In this document: positions 8,462 to 15,153 of the stretch, piece after piece
Numbering within the stretch: the first letter of the stretch is position 1
Layout of the letters: every line of letters starts with the position of its first letter
Virus record (IMG/VR): IMGVR_UViG_2851255004_000006
Source: an uncultured virus (IMG/VR IMGVR_UViG_2851255004_000006)
Lineage: Duplodnaviria > Heunggongvirae > Uroviricota > Caudoviricetes
Length of the DNA: 20,000 nucleotides
Direction: 5' to 3' (one strand)
Program-made: the position numbers and the translations under genes
Notes under the pieces: model-generated
Told to the model about the DNA's origin: nothing
Databases searched by the model: none
What the model saw: the letters and a program-made list of their open reading frames with translations, nothing else

Positions 8462-8683
8462 TTACTCCTTATTTGGCATTTCGTTAACAACACACTCCAG
8501 CGCGGCGATCATCCCGCCGAACAGCCCGGCTTTATCTGGATAATCCGTCTTTAGCTTTTCGATAAAAGCACGGGTGGCCTCCGTAGATGCTTGTACTGCT
8601 GCCTGCTCTTCGGGGGTTCCATCAGCAACAGCGCCGCGCAAGACGTACAGCGACAACTTCAATTCTTCTTTATCCGAAATCAC
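8462..8683 (-). CDS. Hypothetical protein (73 aa)
   Basis: Overlaps the terS end; helical, acidic sequence; tight packing. Confidence 0.7.
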   Translation of the reverse strand: MISDKEELKLSLYVLRGAVADGTPEEQAAVQASTEATRAFIEKLKTDYPDKAGLFGGMIAALECVVNEMPNKE

Positions 8684-9170
8684 TTTCCATCACCTCTGCG
8701 AATGAATCCAAAATCTCGACAAATGCCGCTTTCTGGCTGGGATGCTTGCGCTCAATGTGCTCACCCAACGCCTGGATCACTTCAATCGCGATGGCCAGAC
8801 GGTTCGTCTCCGGCAAAATCTTCTTACTAGCGGCGGTAGCCTTGTTGAACGCATCAGCGAGGCTGGCCAGCAGCTCGACACGCTTTTCTGCCGGGATATT
8901 GGCCGTACCGTTGATAGCCTCCGTGGCGGCCTGGCACTGCGTGACCAGACTCATTAACACCGCCCGGCCTGCATCCTCCATCCCGCCGCTCGCCATCAAA
9001 TTAGCGGCCCGCATCTTGTCCCAATCGTCGCCGGCATCCTGGGCCTCTTTTTTCCAGCGCCGGGCGGTGCCAAAACTCACCCCTATCTGTGAGGCGGTAA
9101 TCTCCAGCGACCACTGGTTGTAGACGTAGGCCCGGCGCAACTTGTCGCGCATGTCCTGTGGGTACGCCAT
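8670..9170 (-). CDS. DUF1804-like HTH protein, probable terminase small subunit
   Basis: N-terminal HTH (LEITASQIGVSFGTARRWK), GDDWDKMRAA, LASLADAFNK; located upstream of terL. Confidence 0.85.
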   Translation of the reverse strand: MAYPQDMRDKLRRAYVYNQWSLEITASQIGVSFGTARRWKKEAQDAGDDWDKMRAANLMASGGMEDAGRAVLMSLVTQCQAATEAINGTANIPAEKRVELLASLADAFNKATAASKKILPETNRLAIAIEVIQALGEHIERKHPSQKAAFVEILDSFAEVMESDFG

Positions 9171-9502
9171 TACAGCCCCATCTTGGCGCGCAACAGGAGG
9201 ACTGCCGTAGAGACAACCAGCCCGGCGACACCTCCGGCCATCGCCCCCGCAACAGCGCCATGCTTGATAGCGGCATCTTTAGTTGCTGCCTGAATGTCGC
9301 CCAACTGGTCGCTGAGTTGCGCTAACTGCTCACTGATCGCCTGCATCGATGCTGGCTCCGCCATACTCGCGAGACGCTGGTCAATCCTGTCTAATCGGGT
9401 ACTCAGTTGCGCGTGCTGTTCCCGTGCAATACTGGCCGGGGTAGTGATGTGCTTATAGGACTTAGTGCGCTTGCGCTGTTTCATTGGCTTTATCCTTGTC
9501 AA
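9170..9502 (-). CDS. Hypothetical coiled-coil protein with C-terminal TM helix
   Basis: Basic N-terminus, coiled coil, then GAVAGAMAGGVAGLVVSTAVLLL; TAATG coupling to the next gene. Start may be the second Met. Confidence 0.75.
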   Translation of the reverse strand: MTRIKPMKQRKRTKSYKHITTPASIAREQHAQLSTRLDRIDQRLASMAEPASMQAISEQLAQLSDQLGDIQAATKDAAIKHGAVAGAMAGGVAGLVVSTAVLLLRAKMGL

Positions 9503-10055
9503 TGCGGCGTAGCGCCGCTTTGTCTGCGTTACATGATTCGATATCCCCCAACAGTAGGGGTATCCACTCCACAGCCTGCCCCCAGGTTAATCGCCGGGTG
9601 GGAGCGATGGCAGTGTTGGGGCGATCAACTCTGCGGGTATCCGGGTGTAGGGCGTCGTCACGCAGCTCGGTGACGTAGTGGAGCAACCGGTCAGCATCAG
9701 CAGCAGGCAACAACTGACGGCTACACGTATGCGCTGAAATTCCCGTGTGAACATCCCGGCGAACCTGCTCGGCACGGATGCCCGATTGTTGACGTACACG
9801 GCGAGTCTCCTCTGAAATTTGATTTGCGCGGTTAAACTGCAACGCTTGCAATGCCATGGTGGCCTGAGCCCGATCACGCTGTTGCCGCAATGTCCGGTTT
9901 TGCTCATTCAGCGTACCGATAGTGGTATTGCGCGCATCGATGTCATCGCGCTGTTGGCTGTTTTCATATGCCTGCCAGGCGATAACCCCCAACAAGGCTG
10001 CACCGATGACGCCAGCACCAACCAGAACGGCACGGTTTACTGTCCCAAACACCAT
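9462..10055 (-). CDS. i-spanin (Rz-like)
   Basis: N-terminal TM helix, long periplasmic coiled coil, Cys residues; directly after the endolysin. Confidence 0.85.
   Translation of the reverse strand: MVFGTVNRAVLVGAGVIGAALLGVIAWQAYENSQQRDDIDARNTTIGTLNEQNRTLRQQRDRAQATMALQALQFNRANQISEETRRVRQQSGIRAEQVRRDVHTGISAHTCSRQLLPAADADRLLHYVTELRDDALHPDTRRVDRPNTAIAPTRRLTWGQAVEWIPLLLGDIESCNADKAALRRIDKDKANETAQAH
9587..9754 (-). CDS. o-spanin (Rz1-like lipoprotein) embedded in the i-spanin gene
   Basis: MFTREFQRIRVAVSCCLLLMLTG-C lipobox, then a Pro-rich mature peptide; alternative frame inside Rz; 55 aa. Confidence 0.8.
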   Translation of the reverse strand: MFTREFQRIRVAVSCCLLLMLTGCSTTSPSCVTTPYTRIPAELIAPTLPSLPPGD

Positions 10056-10567
10056 GCTTTTTCCTTCTCACGTCGGGGGCGCAAAATCGGTTGACCTGCG
10101 GAGTAGGAGAAATCGGTGATGCGATAGCACATCGCTCGCCAGTTTCCGGCCTGAGCCTCCTGGTAAATCTGTGTCGGGCGGACATCTTTCCGATTCCAGC
10201 GCACGCCATAACATCCCACGTTAAAGACCAGCGAGGTCATCGCCTCAAAGGGACGCTGTGGCATTTGCTTACCCTGGAAATAGCGGTTAACGCAGTCCTC
10301 GGCATCCTTGATGTCATAGACCCATAGCCGGGCGACCTCCTCATCGGAATAGCGCTTGCCAGGGATGACATGCCCCGTACTACCTAGCCCAACCGTCAGA
10401 CGACCAGCCGGACATTTGTACGGGTCACGCCGACATCCTTCCGCGTTACCAATCAACATCAGCCCCTCTTTAGATGTGCGGATCTCATTGGGGTAGAACT
10501 GAATGACCAAACCAGCGATAGCGGCCACAGAGCACACTGCACCAGCGGCGACCTTACGGAGACTCAT
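10037..10567 (-). CDS. SAR endolysin, T4-lysozyme-like (GH24), P1 Lyz type
   Basis: Ala/Gly-rich N-terminal SAR helix with Cys12; catalytic E43-x8-C52-x5-T58; SLVFNVG; RREKEKAWCL. Confidence 0.93.
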   Translation of the reverse strand: MSLRKVAAGAVCSVAAIAGLVIQFYPNEIRTSKEGLMLIGNAEGCRRDPYKCPAGRLTVGLGSTGHVIPGKRYSDEEVARLWVYDIKDAEDCVNRYFQGKQMPQRPFEAMTSLVFNVGCYGVRWNRKDVRPTQIYQEAQAGNWRAMCYRITDFSYSAGQPILRPRREKEKAWCLGQ

Positions 10568-10791
10568 AGGGCACCCCCAGGCGGGTTTTCGTCATCGTGT
10601 CGGTCATAAAATTTATGCTGGAGTCGGTACAGCTTGGCCCGAAAAATCGCGTTAACCGCCGTTGTAATGATGGTTGCCACAATACCAACGATGATCCCGA
10701 TCACCATCCACTCCTCGGGACGAAACAGGCTAATAACGGTAGTCATCAACGCAGAGAGATAGGCACTGAATGTAGATGCGTTGTGATTCAT
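10564..10791 (-). CDS. Holin (HP1-family-like)
   Basis: 75 aa, hydrophobic helices (WMVIGIIVGIVATIITTAVNAIF), charged tail, ATGA-coupled to the endolysin. Confidence 0.85.
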   Translation of the reverse strand: MNHNASTFSAYLSALMTTVISLFRPEEWMVIGIIVGIVATIITTAVNAIFRAKLYRLQHKFYDRHDDENPPGGAL

Positions 10792-10817
10792 GGTGATACC
10801 ACCTTAAACAAGTGGCA

Positions 10818-10864
10818 CCAGTATAGAGAGCGGGAGATCAGGTTAAGGACTGACGGGGTTCAGC
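10818..10864 (-). promoter_or_regulatory. Late promoter (Plys-like): CTGA-N6-TCAG activator site plus -10 TATACT
   Basis: 33/47 ungapped identity with 2036-2082; directly upstream of the holin. Confidence 0.75.
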
Positions 10865-10865
10865 G

Positions 10866-11150
10866 TTATAGAGCGGGAGGGAGTAAAGCATCAACTGATA
10901 ACACAGGCTTTCCACACAATACAGCGGCCTGGTTAGCCCTGCCAAGGGCGGCGCGCATTTCGGCATCAGCCTTGACAATCTCATCAAGCTGACGAGCCAG
11001 GCGGGCGACATCAACCTTGTCACCCGGCGTATCCCGGATCGTCAGTATATCATGGGAAAGGTAGTGCGACAGTGCATAGCGCCGGCAAGCGGCATCGCGT
11101 GCCTGCTGGGTATACGCTGCATACTCACCAAGTGAAGTGTAATTTTGCAT
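10866..11150 (-). CDS. Hypothetical helical protein (94 aa)
   Basis: Fills the gap between the activator and Plys; starts 6 nt after the activator stop. Confidence 0.75.
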   Translation of the reverse strand: MQNYTSLGEYAAYTQQARDAACRRYALSHYLSHDILTIRDTPGDKVDVARLARQLDEIVKADAEMRAALGRANQAAVLCGKPVLSVDALLPPAL

Positions 11151-11156
11151 AGCCTA

Positions 11157-11621
11157 TTAATCAAAAAGCCCCGCTTGGGCGGGGCTTGGAAGCTGTCGGC
11201 TGTCATATCGTTGCCGGAGGAGTTGCCACCCGTACCGGTCACTAAATCCATACCGGGGGCACAATATCGCCATCGCCTGCCTGGCTGAGCGGCCTGCGGC
11301 CTTTTCTTTGGCGACCTCAGACAGAAAGCGGGTATTACGCAACTCGCGCAACGCACTATCGCAGCGGGGAACATAGAATGACGCGCCGCCGACATGGTGT
11401 ATCAGCGTCTGTGTCTCCTGCTCAGTTAGCACACCGCGTAATAGGGCATAGACACCACCAGAGCGCGCCCGGCGCTCGCTGGTGCAAGCATGTAACGTAG
11501 TGCCCCCCAACGCCGTTATCAGGCGCATGGTGGCAGAGTATCCCAGGATAGCAATCAGCGTATGGACGGACTCAGGCAACAATGCCTGTAAGCGAGCCAG
11601 GTCGTTTTCACAAAGCGTCAT
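11157..11621 (-). CDS. mor: Mor/C-family transcription activator
   Basis: LLPESVHTLIAILG...ALGG, GGASFYVPRCDSALRELRN and C-terminal HTH YGFSDRYGWQLL; probable start 11621 with GAGG SD. Confidence 0.85.
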   Translation of the reverse strand: MTLCENDLARLQALLPESVHTLIAILGYSATMRLITALGGTTLHACTSERRARSGGVYALLRGVLTEQETQTLIHHVGGASFYVPRCDSALRELRNTRFLSEVAKEKAAGRSARQAMAILCPRYGFSDRYGWQLLRQRYDSRQLPSPAQAGLFD

Positions 11622-11654
11622 CACGGTTGCCTCGGGGTCAAGAGGGGTAGTGCA

Positions 11655-11685
11655 ATTATAACCAGCACTGATCACCTGTACAGCA
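11655..11685 (-). promoter_or_regulatory. Promoter (-10 TATAAT) with a LexA-box-like CTG-N10-CAG over the -35 region
   Basis: Minus strand reads TGCTGTACAGGTGATCAGTGctggtTATAAT; box core 11668-11683; -10 at 11655-11660. Confidence 0.55.
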
Positions 11686-11717
11686 AAAAAGAAAACCCCC
11701 GCATCACTGCGAGGGTT
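11685..11717 (-). terminator. Rho-independent terminator after gemA (end of the early operon)
   Basis: Minus strand AACCCTCGCA-gtga-TGCGGGGGTT followed by TTCTTTTTT. Confidence 0.8.
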
Positions 11718-11744
11718 CAGGGTTCAGCATTAAGCGATAGGCGC

Positions 11745-12149
11745 TCAGTCCTGGCCGCGTCGGCGCGCATCCTTGATCAGTGCCACCATCACACCAAAAA
11801 GCTGATCATCATCCAGCCACTCGATCACATGCTGGCCATACATGTGCGCCGCCAACCCTTCGGCATAATTCCAGGAGCGACCAGAATCAGCGAGCAGCGC
11901 CTCAATCTTCGCCAGATTCGCCTTGCGACGGTTAGCCACATTGGGGCGACGCCCCTTGCTTTTCGGTGCGCGACGCGGGAATCCCTGGGTGTGCATGTAC
12001 TCTTTGATAGCGGACAACTCATCTAGCGAGCAGTGTTTAGCGCTGGTTTTACCCCCGGTTAAACGGGCAATAACGGCCCGATAAGTGGCATCATCCCAGC
12101 CCAGGAACGCTTGTCCGGCCTTGACGGCTCCGATTAAACGTTTCATCAT
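11745..12149 (-). CDS. gemA: GemA / Mu gp16 (DUF1018) family protein
   Basis: LGWDDATYRAVIARLTGGKTSAKHCS..EL, GF, LAKIEALL...WNYAEGLA..MYG...IEWL; GGAG SD before ATG 12149. Confidence 0.88.
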   Translation of the reverse strand: MMKRLIGAVKAGQAFLGWDDATYRAVIARLTGGKTSAKHCSLDELSAIKEYMHTQGFPRRAPKSKGRRPNVANRRKANLAKIEALLADSGRSWNYAEGLAAHMYGQHVIEWLDDDQLFGVMVALIKDARRRGQD

Positions 12150-12178
12150 AATCAGGCTCCGTAATTTCAAAAAAACAG

Positions 12179-12215
12179 CGTGACACGTCACGATTTATTT
12201 TTGTGACATGTCACG
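12179..12215. repeat. Two tandem palindromes GTGACAyGTCAC (operator-like)
   Basis: CGTGACACGTCACG (12179-12192) and GTGACATGTCAC (12203-12214), 23 bp apart with an AT-rich spacer. Confidence 0.8.
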
Positions 12216-12221
12216 CAACCC

Positions 12222-12590
12222 TCACAACGTTTTCAACATCAACGACTGTCTAGCCACATCCTGGCCACAACCGTGCTCACCTCGACGAAAGCACCCACGA
12301 ACGTCACCCGGCAATGCATCACCGCACAGCGGGCATTGATGCTCCGCCAGCTCTGCCATCTGCCTCTGCAAACGCAGCGTGTCTTCCACGGCCAGCAGTT
12401 CGAAATACTCCTCGACGCCGTAAGGCTCAGCACCTGGACGACGGGCATGGCGTGCAGCCTCAATCTGCTGGTAAGTATGCTCGCTGACTGTGAGCACGAT
12501 CCGGCGATTGCCACCGACAGCCGCCCGTTGGGCGGCTTCTCGCTCACGTTGGCGCTGTTCGCGTTTACGCTCAGCGGCAGATTTAGCCAT
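12222..12590 (-). CDS. Hypothetical protein, ribbon-helix-helix-like with Cys-rich C-terminus (122 aa)
   Basis: Start MAKSAAERK at 12590 with GGAGG SD; RRIVLTVSEHTYQQIE...GVEEYFELL pattern; CPLC...C...C. Confidence 0.7.
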   Translation of the reverse strand: MAKSAAERKREQRQREREAAQRAAVGGNRRIVLTVSEHTYQQIEAARHARRPGAEPYGVEEYFELLAVEDTLRLQRQMAELAEHQCPLCGDALPGDVRGCFRRGEHGCGQDVARQSLMLKTL

Positions 12591-12882
12591 GACGTACCTC
12601 CGGTTTTTTGCGCTGAATGATGTACCGAACCGTGGTGTATTTGAGTTCCAGCTTTTCAGCAATAATCGGGGCAGATAGCCCCTCCGCGCGTAATGCATGA
12701 ACCATCTCAACATCCCACGGATCAGTGCGAGGGGCGCGAGAAACCAACCCCATCGAACTAATTTTCGGCCATACAGATGATCGCGTTCGCCCCAGCGTAG
12801 CTGCGATTTCTGCCACCTTCTTCCCCTCGCGGTAGAGACGTGTGAGAGTCTGCTCTTCTTGCGTTGACCATGACCGTTTCAT
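12583..12882 (-). CDS. Tandem-HTH DNA-binding protein
   Basis: WSTQEEQTLTRLYREGKKVAEIAATLGRTRSSV and LRAEGLSAPIIAEKLELKYTTVRYI; ATGA-coupled to the upstream gene. Confidence 0.75.
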   Translation of the reverse strand: MKRSWSTQEEQTLTRLYREGKKVAEIAATLGRTRSSVWPKISSMGLVSRAPRTDPWDVEMVHALRAEGLSAPIIAEKLELKYTTVRYIIQRKKPEVRHG

Positions 12883-13142
12883 AGATACCTATCCTTGATG
12901 TAGAGCGGGATGTAAATCTCAGGCTCAGCGATTGCGTTCGGCTGCTGATGTTTGTTAAATACCATGCCACTAAAACGATTCATAAACGCTACGGGTTGCT
13001 GCGTTACCTCAACCGTTCGACGCTCTTTCAGTTCACGCAACCACATTGCCAATTGTTGATGCTGGTGTGCACATGAACCGGTCAAACAATTAGCAAGCAT
13101 TTCAGCGTGAACAATAGCCTCCGTCAATGATAATTCAGTCAT
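12879..13142 (-). CDS. Hypothetical protein (87 aa)
   Basis: Overlap-coupled to both neighbours; contains HQQLAMWLRELK and PVAF...IPLY motifs. Confidence 0.7.
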   Translation of the reverse strand: MTELSLTEAIVHAEMLANCLTGSCAHQHQQLAMWLRELKERRTVEVTQQPVAFMNRFSGMVFNKHQQPNAIAEPEIYIPLYIKDRYL

Positions 13143-13341
13143 AACTTAACCCCTTGAAGTTAGAAATCATCCAGTTAGCCGCCCCTTTTGGGGTATAGCT
13201 ACGCCAATAAAAATTACCCTCGGCTGGGCGGTACGGCCAATACGATATCGCCAGTTCAGCCGCCAATTGCCCCTGGCTTATAGCGACTGCCTCCATGAAT
13301 AAACGACGCCAGAAAAAGTACCGGATAGCGTTAATCATCAT
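13135..13341 (-). CDS. Hypothetical aromatic-rich protein (68 aa)
   Basis: Overlap-coupled with neighbours; GGGG SD. Confidence 0.6.
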   Translation of the reverse strand: MMINAIRYFFWRRLFMEAVAISQGQLAAELAISYWPYRPAEGNFYWRSYTPKGAANWMISNFKGLSYD

Positions 13342-13690
13342 TCCCCCTGATAGAGTAGTGATTTGCCTGCCGCATGAATCCAGGGATGCAGGAACGAGGG
13401 GGACAAACCACCTGGAAGCACATCTCTAACCCCAGTTTTTCCGCCAGTGCCTTTTCTGCTCTGGCTCCGCTTGAGTGCAGCCAATCCTGCAACAGATAAA
13501 TCACATCAGCACATTGCAACATGGCGAGGCCGATCTGCATGTACTGCGCCTCGGTTAGCCCATCGGGCAGCTCGGCGGGGTTAAGAACGGTATGGCCTTC
13601 GGCACGTAACGCCTGCGCCGTTTCATGAAACGCTGGACGATTAAAGTCTTCGATCCCGGACATGGGGCCAGCAATATAAACCACGCTCAT
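13331..13690 (-). CDS. DUF4406-family protein (nucleoside 2-deoxyribosyltransferase-like fold)
   Basis: VYIAGPMSG..DFNRPAF, VLNPA, YMQIGLAMLQCADVIYLL..W..S.GARAE. Confidence 0.88.
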   Translation of the reverse strand: MSVVYIAGPMSGIEDFNRPAFHETAQALRAEGHTVLNPAELPDGLTEAQYMQIGLAMLQCADVIYLLQDWLHSSGARAEKALAEKLGLEMCFQVVCPPRSCIPGFMRQANHYSIRGNDD

Positions 13691-13718
13691 TTTCCGCTCT
13701 CCTTCATACAGATTTTCA

Positions 13719-13952
13719 TCACATCACCCCCTGACACACACGAGCCGGATCACCGAAAACCATCACCGGGCGCTGGCTCCAGATACGCTCCCGACATCGA
13801 GCCTTGGCTAGTGCCTGATTGTTTTCATGCGTACAGTCCACGCATTTCCCGCTCCTCGTATAACGCACGCCAGAATGCCCCCTGGTACAGACCTTTCCCT
13901 GATAAACCTTTTCCCCTTTCTGTTTGGCCATGACTCTTGCCGACGACATCAT
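13719..13952 (-). CDS. Small basic Zn-binding protein
   Basis: YQGKVCTRGH...RY..SGKCVDC motif; GGAGG SD. Confidence 0.7.
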   Translation of the reverse strand: MMSSARVMAKQKGEKVYQGKVCTRGHSGVRYTRSGKCVDCTHENNQALAKARCRERIWSQRPVMVFGDPARVCQGVM

Positions 13953-13954
13953 TT

Positions 13955-14668
13955 TTATGCCCTCCCAATCTGAGCAGGGGATGCAGCTCGCCCAACACTA
14001 CCAACGCCCTGATGCAATTCGACCTGGCGTCCATCGAAATAACCGGCATAGAACGCATCATCAACACCCTTAGCCTTTTTAACGGCTCGTCCAGAGGTCT
14101 CCGGTGCACTGGCGAAGTGACGCGCCTTATATGCTGCCATGAGCGTTTTTTCTGCCTCAGTACAGGCGAACGCAATAAGACTATCTCGCACACCTACAAC
14201 CCAGGCCTCGCAATACGCATCAGCGCGTGCTGTTTTGGTTGCAGATTTGATGTTTTTGCGCATTCCGCTAATGAACTCAGCACGTGCCCGACACAATTGA
14301 CGCGAGAGCACGTCAAACGCATAAGCCGCCACTTCTGGCCGTTCATTGGGGCCGTAGAATTTGATGATGCGTTTAGGCTGGCCGCTGGCGGTATAACGCC
14401 AGGAGATCACGCCCTCAATACCGAACGCATCAAAAATGGCATTGGCCAGGAGCGCGACATAATTCGGGAACTTCACCGCATCACTCGGTGCTCCCTTACT
14501 GTTGGCGGTGGTAATATCCATCAGCTCAACATCAGTCGCGCCAACGCCATGCTCGCGCATCAACTTCTGCGCCATACGAAGCGCCGCAGCCGCTTCATGC
14601 TCACTGGAGTTATTACGTGCCTTATTGAGCAGTTTCTTAATTTTTTGGAGGTACTTTTCTTTATTCAT
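13955..14668 (-). CDS. DUF2786-domain protein
   Basis: KYLQKIKKLL..A...SSEHEAAAALRMAQKLM, FYG, AAYAFDVL.RQL, ADAYCEAWV; AGGAG SD. Confidence 0.88.
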   Translation of the reverse strand: MNKEKYLQKIKKLLNKARNNSSEHEAAAALRMAQKLMREHGVGATDVELMDITTANSKGAPSDAVKFPNYVALLANAIFDAFGIEGVISWRYTASGQPKRIIKFYGPNERPEVAAYAFDVLSRQLCRARAEFISGMRKNIKSATKTARADAYCEAWVVGVRDSLIAFACTEAEKTLMAAYKARHFASAPETSGRAVKKAKGVDDAFYAGYFDGRQVELHQGVGSVGRAASPAQIGRA

Positions 14669-14688
14669 TTTTTATAAACTCCTGATTT

Positions 14689-14721
14689 TGGCGTAAGCCC
14701 ACCCCCGGCGGGTTTACGCCA
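14689..14721. repeat. 12-bp intergenic inverted repeat (hairpin)
   Basis: TGGCGTAAGCCC-N9-GGGTTTACGCCA, with one G-U pair on the + strand. Confidence 0.7.
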
Positions 14722-14750
14722 TGTTTAATAGAGAGTTAAAACTGATTTAA

Positions 14751-14942
14751 TTAGTGCGTATGGATTAACGAATTAACATTAACGAAATAAGGCTCAACGT
14801 TAATTTCAACCGCTGTACTTGTAGGCAAATCACGCGCCTTGTCCACGGTACGAACGACCCGCCCACCACGCAACACCCGATTGGGTTGGTAAATAAATAC
14901 GGAGCCTATCGGGTATAGTTTATTAAACTCACTTGCTTTCAT
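14751..14942 (-). CDS. Hypothetical protein (63 aa)
   Basis: Probable start MKASEFNKLYPIG at 14942, overlapping the end of the ANR-like gene. Confidence 0.7.
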   Translation of the reverse strand: MKASEFNKLYPIGSVFIYQPNRVLRGGRVVRTVDKARDLPTSTAVEINVEPYFVNVNSLIHTH

Positions 14943-15153
14943 GACGCTTTCCCCATTTACGTTGCGCTGCGTTGTGGCAGAACTCAGCACGCAAGACGGC
15001 CCATTCACGACGCAGGGCGCTGGCTGGACTCGCTGCCGCCTTTTCCCATAACGGCGCTGCCGTCTGGTAATCCTTACGCCATTCGGCACGAGTTGCCCCC
15101 AACGCATAAGCGGCATAGGTGTTTTTTGCCTCGCTCTCTTTGATTTTCATCAT
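14929..15153 (-). CDS. ANR-family (AraC negative regulator-like) small protein
   Basis: Y..YA..A..AE...DY..A..LWEKA.......RREWA..RAEFC pattern; TAATG coupling. Confidence 0.75.
   Translation of the reverse strand: MMKIKESEAKNTYAAYALGATRAEWRKDYQTAAPLWEKAAASPASALRREWAVLRAEFCHNAAQRKWGKRHESK

Noticed and set aside
8587..9123. 178-aa + strand ORF
   Set aside because: Antisense shadow of the terS-like gene; no SD or motif.
12202..12215. CRP site
   Set aside because: TGTGA and TCAC are separated by 4 nt, not the required 6.
12591..12713. N-terminal extension of the 163-aa ORF
   Set aside because: Overlaps the HTH gene; the GGAGG SD supports ATG 12590.
14943..15116. N-terminal half of the 121-aa ORF 14751-15116
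   Set aside because: Alternative frame of the ANR-like gene; the real start is more likely 14942.
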